From positions 315,766,001 through 315,830,000 of the forward strand of contig OZ024742.1 in NCBI GenBank assembly GCA_964016885.1: a stretch of 64,000 nt of DNA, written 5' to 3'. Positions within the stretch are counted from its first letter, which is position 1; every line of letters begins with the position of its first letter. Below the pieces are notes generated by a model. The model was not told the DNA's origin. It saw only the letters and a program-made list of their open reading frames with translations, and ran no database searches. The DNA is from Eledone cirrhosa. Its lineage: Eukaryota. Both the position numbers and the translations under genes were made by a program. Shown here in pieces: positions 13,430 through 27,300 of this stretch.

Positions 13430-13710
13430 AAAAAAAAATGAAATAGAAAATGCAACTGGAGTCTTATTTTTTTAGAAATATATATATTTATTTGGTTCCT
13501 TTACCGGTTTTGCAGTTCTTCTGCTTTTCAAAAGTAGAGTTGAGATGGAGGGTCTGTGGTTTTTCTGACATCTGATGTGAGAAAAACCACAGACCCTCCA
13601 TCTCAACTCTACTTTTGAAAAGCAGAAGAACTGCGAAACAGGTAAAGGAACCAAATAAATATAAATATTTAAAAAAAAATAAAACTCCAGTTGCATTTTC
13701 GATTTCATCT
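13430..13710. mobile_element. Fold-back element carrying two opposed U3A8 hammerheads; further family fragments at 14640-14710 and 15310-15500
   Basis: Inverted arms about 13430-13565 / 13580-13710. Confidence 0.8.
13612..13647 (+). ncRNA. Minimal type I hammerhead, U3A8 variant (mirror copy 13499-13534 on -)
   Basis: CTT-TTGAAAA-GCAG aagaa CTGC-GAAA-C(A/C)GG-TA-AAG; the consensus of three copies gives palindromic stem III ACCGGT. Confidence 0.7.
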
Positions 13711-13742
13711 TTTCTCTCTCTCTCTCTCTATATATATATATT

Positions 13743-13930
13743 AATTGTTTCTACGTTAGGCACAAGGCCAGCAATTATCCAGTGCATTACTGGTACTTTA
13801 TTTTATCGACCCCGTAAGGATGAAAGGCAAAGTCAACCTCGGCGGGATTTGAACTCAGATCGTAAAAGGACGTAACTATGCTGGAAAGCATGGCGTCCGA
13901 CCCTCTACCGATACTGCCAATTCACCGCCC
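13743..13930 (-). mobile_element. tRNA-derived SINE with Deu/Nin-type central domain
   Basis: A-box TGGCAGTATCGG, B-box GAGTTCAAATCCC, then GCCTTTCATCCTTACGGGGTCGATAAAATAAAGTACCAG; many copies in the window. Confidence 0.85.
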
Positions 13931-14585
13931 TATATATATATATATATATTAATGTATATATGTATGGTCCCGTAACTCCTGGTATGTCGTTGACATACAG
14001 CGTTTCTTGGCAGAACCCAACCCTCTCCAGGCCTGAGTACAGCAGACTTCTTCCAGAGGAAATGATAAAGAGATATAGACGAAGAATCCACCCTAGTACT
14101 AGACTAGTACTTTTTTAAAATCGACCTCGAAAGTATGAAAGGCAAAGTTGACCTCGGTGGTATTTGAACACAAATAGCAGAGAACCGGAACGAATACCAT
14201 AAAGTATTCTATACGGCGTTCTATAAGTTACTGTATACATATATACAATTATTCTGGTTTTAATTATTGAGCTTGTGGTTTATTTCGGTGCGTGTCTCTG
14301 TATCGACTCATGTTCGCTGCGGGAATGAGGTCAGGGATTATTTTTAGTTTTCTTTTTTTCTTCCGATTTTGTGTGGGTGTAATGCCTACTACGTAATATA
14401 GAAACCACGTGTTGAGACGGTTGTGGCTTGATGACGTTCGTCATCACGGAACAAGTAAATTGGATAAGCTGGTTGTTGTTATGCTAGGAGTGGTATCTGG
14501 AGGGGATGGGGGTTAGGATGAGAATATATTTTTGGATTGGTTTGGTTTGGTGTAGAACCTTTTTGCGTTTAATTTAAAAGAACTG

Positions 14586-14644
<59 letters not shown>

Positions 14645-15493
14645 AAAAAAGATGAAATCGAAAATGCAACTGGAGTCTTTTTTTTTTAAATATATTTATT
14701 TGGTTCTTAAAATTCTCTAAAAGGCTACAAAAGAAATTCCCAAATACGGGCGTGAAATTTAATGTATTTGTTCACGTGACAGTCATAATTTCATTTATAA
14801 CCAATCAAATTACGTTTCAGCACAGCAGTCATACTCAGAACAACTCTCTCCATCCCTTTTTCTTGACCATTATATTTTGTTTGGCAAAAAATTCTCTATA
14901 TGGCTACAAAAAAAATTCCAAAATGCAGGCGCGCATTTTATGTACTTGTTCACGTGACAGTCATAATTTCATTTATAACCAATCAAATTAAATTTATAAA
15001 AAAAGCCTTCGTGAACCACTTTTTTTAAAGTAAATAAATTTAAACACAAACTGGCGCGAAAACTGATGTGCTTATTCACATGACTGCATCAACCAACCAA
15101 ACTTCACTCATATATGAAAAAACAATCTGAGCTCCCACCCCCTTTTTTTGAAGGAAAATATAATAAAAACCTTGTAACGCGAACTGGCGGGAAATTTATT
15201 ATACTTATTCACATGACAGTCATCAACCAGCCAAATAACTTCTCTAAAAACCTAGCATTTCGAGCCACTTTTTTCCATATAAAACAGAAGTAACATTTAA
15301 ACACCAACCAGATGTGCGAAAAGCACAAACCCTCCATCTCAATTGTACTTTTGAAAAGCACACGAACTGCTAAACCGGTAAAGGAACCAAATAAATATAT
15401 TTAAAAAAAAAAAGACTCTAGTTGCATTTTCGATTTCATCTATTTTCCTTATACTTTCACTCGTTTTTTTTTTCATTTTGTAAAAAACCTCAC

Positions 15494-15569
<76 letters not shown>

Positions 15570-15574
<5 letters not shown>

Positions 15575-15962
15575 AGTATGTATGTATACGTACATACATA
15601 TATGTATACAGACGTACAGTAGCATGTATAGATATATATATATATACATATATACATACAGGCACACATATATATATGTACGTATCAGTTTAGCGAACAT
15701 TTATTATAATGTTCGCTTTGTTCGTTTGTAAACAAACGGACAGCCTGATTTATGCCGTACGGTGTTAAGGCAACCACGTCACCTTTTTGTTCAACACTGA
15801 CACAGGAACGATGTACTAGTTTCAAGCTTGTTAGCTAAACTGATACGTACATATATATATGTGTGCCTGTATGTATATATGTATATATATATATATATAT
15901 ATACATGCTACTGTACGTCTGTATACATATTTGTATGTACGTATACATACATACTTACATTT
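15570..15962. repeat. (TA)n-flanked fold-back element; family also at 41780-42005
   Basis: About 15570-15693 is the reverse complement of about 15835-15960. Confidence 0.7.
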
Positions 15963-16201
15963 AAGTAAGTGCCGTACTAAGAGTGCGAAATGAAATTTCG
16001 TTTCATTCTATTCCATTTATATATATATATATATATATACATTTAGGTTTATTGGTTCACCACTGGATAGAACTGGTCATTCTGTATGGTCAACGTCGCT
16101 TGAGAGCGGCCGGCCGAACTAGAAACTGCTAAATGTGTGGGAGCCTTCTTGTCACTCTGCCTTTTCGGCCTCATGGATTATATTCCTTTGTAAAATTTCG
16201 A

Positions 16202-16259
16202 ATACCTGATGATGTCACCGGATTTATACTGAACCCAGTCATTGAAATGTTCATAGTAT
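16202..16259 (+). ncRNA. Type I hammerhead, diverged copy of the 40613 family
   Basis: ATAC-CTGATGA-...-GAAA-TGTTCA-TA-GTAT. Confidence 0.65.
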
Positions 16260-16269
16260 AATAAATCTT

Positions 16270-16364
<95 letters not shown>

Positions 16365-16563
16365 AACAAGTAAGACCCCGACGGCTGAGCTCAAGCCGTT
16401 TCGACGGCTAATTCTGGACTGAATTCAGTCCAGAATTAGCCGTCGAAACGGCTTGAGCTCAGCCGTCGGGGTCTTACTTGTTCCTATTACCCACTCTACT
16501 ACCCTAAGTATTGAGTACTTTGGTGCGTTATGGTCCACCTGGTTCCTTACCACTTTTCCTTCG

Positions 16564-16610
<47 letters not shown>

Positions 16611-16843
16611 TTGCGAGGTTTTTGATATGAAATCGTGTGTCGAAACAGATATTGTTATACTTGGGGAGGGTCATATTGTTGTAATAATATTGCCAGAAAT
16701 AATAACAGAACCCACTCACTGTTTGGTTGGTTTTCGCTTCTGTATCTTTTAGATCTCCATAGTTAATTCATCTGCCAATCAATGTTTATCATTGATTGAC
16801 CAACGTTAAAAAATACAGATATAAATACATATATATATAGTCT

Positions 16844-16885
16844 AACAAAGTTCTTTCGTTGCACATCTGCAACATCATCAGTGGT
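16844..16885 (-). ncRNA. Degenerate hammerhead motif
   Basis: ACCA-CTGATGA-T-GTTGCA gatg TGCAAC-GAAA-GAAC-TT-TGTT; stem II perfect, stems I and III eroded. Confidence 0.5.
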
Positions 16886-17301
16886 ACTATTATGTTTCCC
16901 CCTGTTGTATTTTAGGTCAACGCCATTTTTATTTTATCTGTTTATTTTTGTGTTTGTGTGTATGCATATTTAGATATATCTGTGTGTTGTATGAAAATAG
17001 GGAACATGTTATATTGAAAAGACGACTCTACACCGGGTTGATAATTTTTATTAAAAATATTTTGTATTTGCTTATTTGTTCTTTATGTTCAGTTTGGAAC
17101 AGCACCCTTCTTAAATTCATATGTATATCAGGTGTTGAGATATTTAATATCAGGTATTTTTCAAAATTATTTTTTTCGTAAGAAATGGAATATTGTTGAT
17201 ATAACTATAAATTGGTCAAACATACCGAAATAGAAAGCAGTATTGGAAAGCACTATAAATGCTATAAATGAGAGGAAAATGTTGGATAGTGTAGGAATTA
17301 A

Positions 17302-17512
17302 TAATTGTTTCTAGTTTAGGCAAAAGGCCAGCAATTTGAAGGGGAGGGGAAAGTCGATTAAATCGACCCCAGTACGTTACTGGTACTTTATTTTATCGAC
17401 CTCGTAAGAATGAAAGGCAAAGTTAACCTCGGCAGGATTTGAACTCAGACCGTAGAGGGCGTAACTTTATGTTGCAAAGCACGGTGTTCGACGCTCTACC
17501 GATACTGCCAAT
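17302..17512 (-). mobile_element. tRNA/Deu-type SINE copy
   Basis: Homologous to 13743-13930. Confidence 0.85.
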
Positions 17513-17590
17513 CTGTAGGAATTAATAATGAAAGGTGAAAAATCTTAAATAAAAATAATCAGACCGGAGCACAGTCCTGTTTTCAGTATA

Positions 17591-17621
<31 letters not shown>

Positions 17622-17699
17622 ATATATATATAGAATTATATATAAATATATAATACAGTATGTTCCATCCCCATGAAGGGTTGCCACTTATATATATAT

Positions 17700-18010
17700 G
17701 CGGGGATGTGGAAATACTCGGTTTGGTGGCCGAGCTCAGCGTTAGCCAACTGGGAGTGAGAGACCCCTAGTCCTTGTCAGGACGTTATTCTAGAAGGAAA
17801 ACTCTGATGTAAAACCTGCAACTCAATGGTAGCCAATGATGTTGACTTGGTCTTTAATTTTGATACTTCTCACCGTTGTCCAGAGAGTGGGAGAGGTCCA
17901 GTGCAATGCCTTTCTTCACTTAAAAAAAATTCAGGTACAGGCATCACGTGATCTAGCTGGATACAGCTGACAAAGCTATTTCTTTCGCTGCAGCATATGC
18001 AGAAAGGAAT
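17700..18010 (+). mobile_element. Dispersed repeat resembling an RTE-type LINE 5' region; second copy at about 57430-57690
   Basis: Shared GACCCCTAG..TTGTCAGG..AGAAGG..AACTC..TAAAACCTGC. Confidence 0.5.
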
Positions 18011-18214
18011 CTAAGCCCTTGGCAGGACTGAAAAGTCATGTTCATATATGAGAAAACGGTGAAGGGATGGCAATTCTCGAAGCTGAGATACAGCCATCAT
18101 GTACACATGTATGTATGTATGTATGTATGTATGTATGTATGTATGTATGTATGTATGTATGTATGTATGTATGTATGTATGTATGTATGTATGTATGTAT
18201 GTATTTATGTATGT

Positions 18215-18510
18215 AACACCATTCAACAAAGACCTGGTGAAACAACGTGCGTGATATGCAACAAAGTGTGTAGAACTAGTTCCGGACTAAAAAACCATAT
18301 GTTGGTGCATAAAGATTGTGTCCCACAGGGTGACCCCCACCGGCCCTGTGGGAAGCACAACCCTCTTCTGTCACCTGTGCCGTAAAGCATACAGATCTAC
18401 AGCTGGTCTATAAAGTCATCTACGAAGTCATGGAAGCAGATGGGATGACAATGAAGAATCAATAAGAGACAGCAATCATCTATGAAGATGGTGCAACCGT
18501 TATGTATGCA
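18215..18510 (+). mobile_element. 3' end of an RTE-like LINE (two C2H2-type motifs) next to (TATG)n
   Basis: CVICNKVCRTSSGLKNHMLVH and CHLCRKAYRSTAGL*SHLRSH. Confidence 0.55.
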
Positions 18511-18520
18511 TATGTGTGTT

Positions 18521-18602
<82 letters not shown>

Positions 18603-18605
<3 letters not shown>

Positions 18606-19960
18606 CCTAGCCAGAAGGATCTGCACAATAGTTTCAAATAAATACACATGCTACACACGACTAGAAGAATTAAAAAACACACTTATCAGCAGAAACTACC
18701 CACCATCCCTAATCACCAATGGATTCCAACGCGCCCTAAAACTAGACAGGAACTCAGACACCCCAAACCCAGGAATGAACCGCAACAAAAAACTCTACCA
18801 TACATCCCCACATACAACCCCCTCAACAATGAGGCATTCGACACCATCCTCCAGAACATTCCTTTACTAAAGGAGACCCAAGAATGAACAATATCCTCCA
18901 AACACACAACATCATAAAGAGCAAAAGACAACCCAAATCCACAAAAAACATCATCACACAAGCCAAAATCCAACAAACCCTCACAATGAATCCTACAGTA
19001 ACAAAGGCCCAACTGTGGCATATGCATAAATCTAATAGAAGGTTCAACATTCCATTTTAAACAAGGACAACGCTTCACAGTTAAACACAACTTTACATGT
19101 GCATCTGAAAACCTTATCTATGTTTTGACATGCTCAGGTTGTCAAGAGCACTACATAGGACAGACAAAAAACAGCCTCCGTCAACGTATGACCGTCCATA
19201 AATCACAAATTAAAATACAGGAATACAGAAAGATTGCATTTAGTGAACATATCACCAATTGTGCTCTCAACCAACATCCAAACTTTAAAATTTTCCTCAT
19301 TTACAAATTCATAGACAACGCTACTTTCATCCAACGTACCAATAAAGAAACACATTTCATTAATAAATTTCAACCACTACTCAATGCTCTAAAAATCGGA
19401 CCAATCTAAAACTGCAACAAACTATCAAACATTTGCAAGAGTTACCTCCCTCACACCCTACCTAATCCTTTTTCTTAAATAAATTAAATATCACCCAGCA
19501 AGAATTGCTTCCCCTGTATATTAACTCTCTAAAAGGGAAATCATATCAAACCTCAGTCCAGCATTTACCTCCATCACGGAACCATGGTTCAACTAAGCAC
19601 TCTTGCTATATTAACACATTTTGATCTGCTTAACTTCAATGACTGTGCTTGTAAATAACATTATTTTTTCTTCCACATTGACTTTTTACGTTCCACATTA
19701 TGCACGTTTTTTTTCCTTTTTCTTTTTTCTTTTCACTTCTTAAACCTTGTTTGTAAATAACATTATTCTTTCTGCACCTTCTGTTTAACATGTGCGACGC
19801 CACACTAATACATTTCACTATCATTTGATAATGCATATAAATGCTGAAACCGGTAATAGACAATAATTAAATATATAAATAGATAAATAAATGCCATTGT
19901 TAAATAATAAAGAAATCAACTAATACCTTAACACTTCACACAAAGTAAAACATCACGTTT
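18603..19960 (+). mobile_element. 5'-truncated Penelope-like element (RT thumb, GIY-YIG endonuclease, 3' pLTR region), frameshifted
   Basis: NLARRICTIVS..RLEELK..RNYP; FTCASENLIYVLTCSGCQEHYIGQTKNSLRQRMTVHKSQI; flanked by (TA)n. Confidence 0.85.
19823..19859 (+). ncRNA. Minimal U3A8 hammerhead in the Penelope 3' region
   Basis: TTGATAA-T-GCAT ataa ATGC-T-GAAA-CCGG-TA; palindromic ACCGGT; stem I weak. Confidence 0.65.
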
Positions 19961-20052
19961 TAATCATTTTCGAACTCAGAAAAAAAGAGAGAGAGAAACA
20001 AAAAAAGGGAAAAAAAAAAATTTTTCTTCCTCATAATCGTCTCTTTCTCCCT

Positions 20053-20324
<272 letters not shown>

Positions 20325-20582
20325 TTATTTATTAAAATAACAGGTTAAAGTTTAAGCAAAGAATCGCAGCTTTCACCCTTGACAAGATCTTCTGAAACTA
20401 CAAATATCAATCTGTGGACGCAGAAGTAAATATTTCGAAAAATATTTCAGAAGATCCCGTTAAGGGTGAAAGCAGCGATTCTTTGCTTAAACTTTAATCT
20501 GTTATTTTAATAAATATTTGCTCTATATATTTCATATATATTTATCCTTATCGAACCCTCTTTGGATTTTAGTTTTCAAATT

Positions 20583-20883
20583 TATTATTATTACTATTAT
20601 TATTGTTTTTTGAGTCTCAGTCATTGATGTTATTTAACTGGAAAGTTTGTTGAAATGAATATCAAGCCACTACCTGCAGCCTCAAATATTCAGGACTTAT
20701 CGGAGGGTTCTTGCTGTTCCCAGCAAGCATGCCTTTTGAAGTGTTCCAAAAAGCGGGGCTGGACTAATTTTCTTTAACCATCCTTGGAAACTCTTCGAGA
20801 TAGTACCTAGTACGCCTATGACAATCGGGACGACTCTGACTTCATGGCAGTTCCAAATCCTTTTTACCTCCCACTTTGAGTCC
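20583..20883 (-). mobile_element. 5'-truncated R4/Dong-clade (RLE) LINE 3' end with (TAA)n tail
   Basis: Minus frame gives WEVKRIWNCHEVRVVPIVIGVLGTISK..LQKACLLGTARTLR*VLNI; TAA repeats on both sides. Confidence 0.8.
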
Positions 20884-20900
20884 TATTATTATTATTATTA

Positions 20901-22108
20901 TGGTCAGGCGGTCCATCTGCTGTCAACAGCCGCTACGTGGAGGGCTGGGCGTGCCGTGGCTGATGGTGCGCAGACACGCGCTCAGGCTACGACATCTCCA
21001 CCTCTTCCTCGACGGTGATCAGGTCTGGTCGCCGTTTGCTAGACGCGTCTTTCCCCAGCTCGTTTCCTTGACGGAGCTGCAGTCCTGGGTCAAGCGAAGA
21101 CCGAAAGGGAGCGCTTGGAGACTGGAATATCTTCAGGCGCTCACAGCCCTCGACCAATCGGGCAATGTGATCGGTGGAAACTCCACCTCGGCGTTCTATA
21201 GAGGATTAGTGGAGGGGAAGAGCGACGACGTACTTGGGGAAACTCTAGGCGTCGACGAATATCAACTAGCCAATCTCTTCGGAAGAACTTTCGGGCCGGG
21301 ACTTATGGACAACTTCCAGAAATCCCTGGACTGGCAGTGCTACCGAGGAGCCTTGCCAGTTCGGGATAAACTCTACAGGCATGGAGGTGCCGTCAGCCGG
21401 GCATGTCCGAGATGCGCGCAGGGCGACGAAACCGTCCTGCACGCACTCGTCCAGTGTCCGAGAATTGCTGACTTGTGGGTTTATGTCGAACACCTGCTGT
21501 CGCGTGTAGGACGGATCCGGCTATCAGCTGAGTCCATCGTGAGGATTGCCTCGCCCTCTTCCTTTAGCCGGGAAGGGCAGGCAGTTTTTATCTGTCTAGT
21601 GGCCATGGCGAAAGAGATAGTATGGTGGACACGTTTGAAAGGGCTGAAGACGAGCACTTACCTCTTCGGTGATGCCCTGATTGACTTTTTCAAATTTCAT
21701 TTGAAAAGGAAAATCAGGGTAGAGAGGGAAGTGCTCTCTTCCCAGCATTTTGTTGAAAGATGGGTGAGAGAAGCAAGAATGGCCCGAGTGAATGGGCCTA
21801 CTCTGAGTATGTGTCTGTGAATTAAAGGTGGAAAACTGGGAGAGGGCACTTGCCCTGGTCGTCAAGATCACTGTGGCCTTTTAATGGGCTTTCTCCACAA
21901 ATGTCCCTCCGAAGTCTCCCCCCTATTGGGGAATTTTTCATTGTTATTTTTTTTACATCCTCTGTTTTTGTTTTTTACACGCAGAAATGCCCATTTGTAC
22001 CGTCCTGTATTGTCCTGTGCTGTCCTTAATGTCTACTTTATGTAAACCCTTGTGGTTAATAAAGAAAGTATTATTATTAGTATTAGTATTATTATTATTA
22101 TTATTATT
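20901..22108 (+). mobile_element. 5'-truncated Tx1-like LINE copy E with (ATT)n tail
   Basis: Starts after (TAT)n; ORF2 C-terminus to 21820; AATAAA 22058-22063; ATT repeats 22069-22108. Confidence 0.9.
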
Positions 22109-22319
22109 GGTCTGTTCGGACGTCTTTTTGGCTCGCTCCCAGTAAGTCGCTTTATTTGCCTGTTAAAATTATTTGTTGTTAAATATTTCTTGTTGTGTAA
22201 GGGATATAAGCCCTTAGACTTTGCCCTGTGAAGGGGAAAGTATAATATTTGGGCCTTTTGGACCAATTATTTGAACTTTTTTTTACATGTTAAAAAATTT
22301 ACGGAGAAAAACAAAAACA

Positions 22320-24272
22320 TGGATGAGCCACACCCCCAGCGATATGTCTGCTGTCGTGCGACAACGACGTAGAAGTTGAGAGGAGCGCTACAGCGAAATT
22401 AACACAAATTGATAACATAAACACCACCACAAACAAGGTAAACAAAGACACCAATGATACCAATGAGAACTCTAATTTTGAAAAAAAATGACAGTAACAG
22501 CAACAACGAAAATACAGATAACAGAAAAAAAAATAACAAATGCAACAACAATATCAACACCACTAACATGAAAACAAATAGCGACAACACCAATAACAAC
22601 AATACCAACTGCACCGAGAACAACGGTGGCAATAAAGACAACAATGATAACAGCGACAGTGATAACAACAACACCAACAAGAACAACGTCAACGACAACA
22701 ACACTCCCAACGAAAACAAGAAGAATACTTTCGCTGCCATTCTTCAACATGGACCTCTCAAACAAAGATGAAAAGTTGGCCCAGGCATGGAAGCTAATCA
22801 AGCAAACTTGGGCCAACTTAACTGTCCCGGTAGAAGCTATTGAGGCAGTGGAGCGCAAAACAGTGGATTATAGATGCATCTCAGCACAAACCAAAAAGGG
22901 CAGCTTTAATCCCACAAGAAGATGTCGAAGTCGCGCTGAGGTGCATCAGAGAAGACACCCAGTACATAGAGAGGGCAGACAGTACGGCACCATTTCGGTG
23001 TTGTTCAAGTCAGAAGCCCTCGCTATGAAACACGCTATGACTCCTTGCAAAACCAGCAAGGTCATAATGTACCCCTCCCACATGGGAAAAAGAACGGCCC
23101 GTCTCCGCATTCCCAGAATCCCACCAGGACTTGACATGTGGTGGCTTCTGGGATGTGTGATTGTGGAGGGGACGGATACAGTCCCTATAGAAGTGACCAG
23201 AGCGGCCAGAGAGGACTGGTCCGGGGTTGACCTGGAGATCCTTCTCCAGATCAGGCCCGAGAATGTGAAGACAATCCCGGACCACATCCGCCTTCAGAAT
23301 GGGACGGTCATTCACATTACGACCGAAGGCAAAAGGCCGCAGTGTTTTGTTTGTGGGGAAAAAACCCATTTGCGAGCCTTCTGCCCTCAACTGCTGAAAA
23401 AGGCAAGGGGTCGAAAAGCTCCACTGCTGCCGACGCCGGGGCGAGGATCACAACCAACACCAGCACCGGCAAAACCATCAACAACAACACCAATAGAAAG
23501 ACCACCACCAACATTGACCACCCAGGGGAGAAACGAGGAAAGCTGTCAAATTCCCTCTCCCCCCCAAAATACACACACCAATAAAACCATAAACATACAT
23601 ACAGACACACTTATAGACACAGACCCCTCATCTACCAGTAGTGAAAATGACGGAAATCCCAGATCCCCCAAAATACAAAAAAGGAAACACAAAAAGAAAA
23701 AAAAAACTCAACAAAGAACAAAAGCACCCACAATAAAAAACGCAGACACCACCCACGCAAACATCTCTCCAATAACACCAACATCATCACCACCATCACC
23801 ATCACCAGAATCCCCCAAACGCAAACAACCGAAACAGACGCAAGAACAAATATACACACAAACATCTGAAACCACAGACACCGCACTCACAACAAACACA
23901 GATACAACCGAAACAACACCACCAAAGCCATCACCACCACAGCAACGCAAACAAATAAAATCACACCAACAAAACATACAAAACTTGGTGCTCGTCAGGA
24001 GGGCCAACAAGGAACTGATGGCCCTCGTAGCACGAAGTGAAAATATACAAAAAGAGGGGGACATTTTTAAATCGAGCACATTTCACGTGCCGGAAGATTT
24101 GGTTCTGGTGCGAATGTCGCTCGACATATTCAAAGAAATACCAGACAGCTTTCCTCGGGACGTGGGAACCGAACGTAAAACCCACTTCAAGACTTTTAAA
24201 GGGGTTCCCAAAAGAAATCCCACTAACTATGGAGGTCGAACAACCCGACCTTCACAAGAGCCCGGAAGGTAA
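22320..24272 (+). pseudogene. Tx1 ORF1 (Asn-rich N-terminus, CCHC knuckle, Thr/Pro-rich linker), frameshifted in the 5' part; start uncertain
   Basis: CFVCGEKTHLRAFC; similar to ORF1 of copy C. Confidence 0.8.
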
Positions 24273-24307
24273 GTAAACCTTCCTCTCTCTCTGTTTAACA
24301 TGCCAAC

Positions 24308-27300
24308 ATGGCCGTATTAAGAGTAGGATGTTTAAATGTTCGAGGCCTGGGATCGTCCTGGAAGCAGGGTCACCTGCTCAACGACCTCAGGTCTATAGAA
24401 ATGGATGGAATTGCAGTTAGCGAGACCAGGATTTCCGACACGCGCGCACTAGCCCACATTTTCGACGACTATCAGATCTTTGCAACTGTTAGCCGGCCGG
24501 GAATGGGAGGCGGGTGGCAGTGCTGTTTAGGAAAGGCCTGGATCTCGAGGTAAGGTCGATCTTCCGGGACCCGGACGGGAAGTTGGTGGTCCTGGACGTG
24601 AACAATAATGAAGGTGGTGCCTTTAGACTGGTGGCCGTCTATGCTCCTACTGGGACAGGACGGCCGGACTTCTTTAGACGCCTGGAAGCCTTTCTGGGTA
24701 CGTCTCGCCCTTTACTGTTAGCGGGGGACTGGAACGGCATCTTAGACGCACGCTGGGACTGTGTGGGAGTATCCGATAGGAGCGGGGTGTGCAAAAGCCT
24801 CAAGGACCTGATCAGCCAGTTTCAACTGTCTGACAGGTACCGACTAGATTTCCCTAATGCGCCAGTGTGGGCCTGGGCTAACCGCATAGGGTCATCTAGA
24901 TCGTATATAGACAGGATATTCATTAGGAAAATAGACAGAAATAGTGTAAGGTGTCCACGTTTTGAAACGGTCGCCTATTCAGATCACAAGTTTGTTATCT
25001 GTATGGTCGACCTAGATAAGATGCGTAGGTTTAGGACCTGGTTACTGGAAGCTAAACATGTCATTTCCGGCACGTAAGGCTTACAGGGACCAGGTCAACA
25101 ATTTAGTTAAGAAAAAGTTGACAGGGGGAGTCGTCAACAATAGATGGTGGGGGGCTCTCAAAAGAGAGATTAGAGTAATGTCGATAGAGTTTAGCAAAGA
25201 AGTAGCATTAGAGAAAAATAGAAAGGAGGGGGAGTTGGTAGATAAGTTAGACGAGGCTAATGGTAGTGGCATTGCAACTGATGTGCTAGCGGCGAGAATG
25301 GCATTAGACCATTTCTTCAATGCGAAACACGAAGGTTACATTGTCAGAGCTAAGGCGCGTACTCTGAGAAACGAGGGAACCAAAGTTGTTCGATGGGCCT
25401 GCGTGGCAGAGGCGCAGCTTGGAAATAAAACCACGATTCGTCTTTGACGGACCGAGACGGGCACGAGCTGAGCGATTCCAAGAGGATGTGTGAGGCCTTT
25501 CGCCAACATTTTGCTCGGTTGTTCGGGGGAAGTGGCGGGTCAGAGATGGTGGCGGACTTCAGTCCCTACCTCGATGGCTTGCCGCAACTCTCGACGGCTG
25601 ACGCTGGGCGCTGCGAAAGGCCAATTACTTCAGCCGAGATTCAGGATGCCCTTGTCGGCTGCATGAGGCGCAAGTCACCCGGTTTGGATGGTCTGCCCTA
25701 CGAGCCTTACGTAAATATGCCAGACTTGTTCTCCAATCTCCTCGAAGCCCTCTACTGCAACTGCCAGCAAAACGGGAGTATTCCCAGTTCTGTGAGCCGG
25801 GGCGTAGTGACGCTGATAAGGAAAGACGAGAACAAGAGGGACAAATTAGACAATTTCAGGCCCATAACTCTGCTCAACACAGAGTTTAAGATTTTGGCCA
25901 GGGTGTTAGCGAAGAGGTTGGCGCTTGTCGTCGGGGATTTGGTTGGGGAGGCGCAAACTTGCGCAATCCCAACCAGGTCCATACACGACAACCTCCACCT
26001 AATGCGATACATCATAGAGAGGGTAAGGTGTAAACCTGGCTTCGGTGGGGCTCTGATCAATTTAGATCAATCGAAAGCATTCGATAGGGTCGACCATCGG
26101 TACCTGGAGGCTGTCCTCAAGGCGGCTGGCTTCGGCCCCGTCTTCAGAAGCTTGATCGCTGCAATGCACAGCGGCACCTGCTCGATGGTCAAAATTAATG
26201 GCCACCTCTCGGAACCGTTTCAGGTCTCCCGATCGGTCCGTCAAGGGTGCCCTCTCTCCTCCCTTCTGTACGTATTGACTCTCGAGCCTTTACTGCGGAA
26301 GCTGGAGCTGTTGCAGGGCATCCCGCTCGAACCGGGACGCGGAAAGGCTGTGTCAGCTTATGCGGACGACATCACCGTGATGGTGTCGGACACCTCAGAA
26401 ATCGAGGTGGTCGGCAACTTATTGGAGGAATATGAAAGGTTGACGGGAGCAAAACTTAACCCGGAAAAGTCAGTAGGCTTGCAACTCGGCACCTGGAGAG
26501 GCAAGTCCATGCCGTCCAACAGCGTCGTTAGGCGCTGGACGGACGGACCGGTAAAGTTGCTAGGAGTTTGGTTCGGGCCAGACCTCCAGGTGGATAAGAA
26601 TTGGGACGAGGTGACGGGCTGGGTAGTCAGTCTCACCCAGAAATGGGCTGGGATGAAGCTATCACTGAAAGGTCGGGCGGAGGTGGCGAACGCGTACATC
26701 GCGTCCGTCATCTACTACCGTCTGACTGTCGTCCCTTGCCCCCGTTCGCGCCTCGCCATCTTGGAGCGGCTCCTCTTCAAATTCTTGTGGAGGGGTCAGG
26801 TTCCGTTGGTGAGGCGGTCCATCTGCTGCCAGCACCCTCTACGTGGAGGGCTGGGCATGCCGTGTCTAATGATGCGCAGGCACGCGCTGAGGCTGCGGCA
26901 TCTCCAGATATTCTGCCTAAACGGTGAACAGGTGTGGTCACCGTTTGTCAGACGGGCCTTTCCGCAGCTCGTTTCTTTGACTGAGTTGCAGTCCTGGGTC
27001 AAGAAGAGACCGAGACTGGGTGACTGGCATCTGGAATGTTGCCAGGCACTCACTGCCCTCTACCAGGCGGGAAATGCGGTCAGTGGAACTTCCACTCTCG
27101 AGTTCTATAGAGGATTAGTGGTGGGCAAGTGCGACGACGCACTCGGAGAGGCTCTGGGAGTGAACGAAGTCGAACTAACCAGTCTGTACCGGAGGACTTT
27201 CGAGCCGGGTACGATGGATAATTTCCCAAAATCCCTCGCTTGGCAGTGCTACCGGGGGGCACTGCCGGTTCGAGATAAACTCTACAGGCACGGAAGTGCT

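Noticed and set aside
13743-13930. Possible tRNA genes (A/B boxes)
   Set aside because: No complete cloverleaf; continues into a SINE body and is dispersed in many decayed copies
14330-14590. Possible decayed GIY-YIG fragment on the minus strand
   Set aside because: Only a weak IQFTC-like match; too degenerate to call
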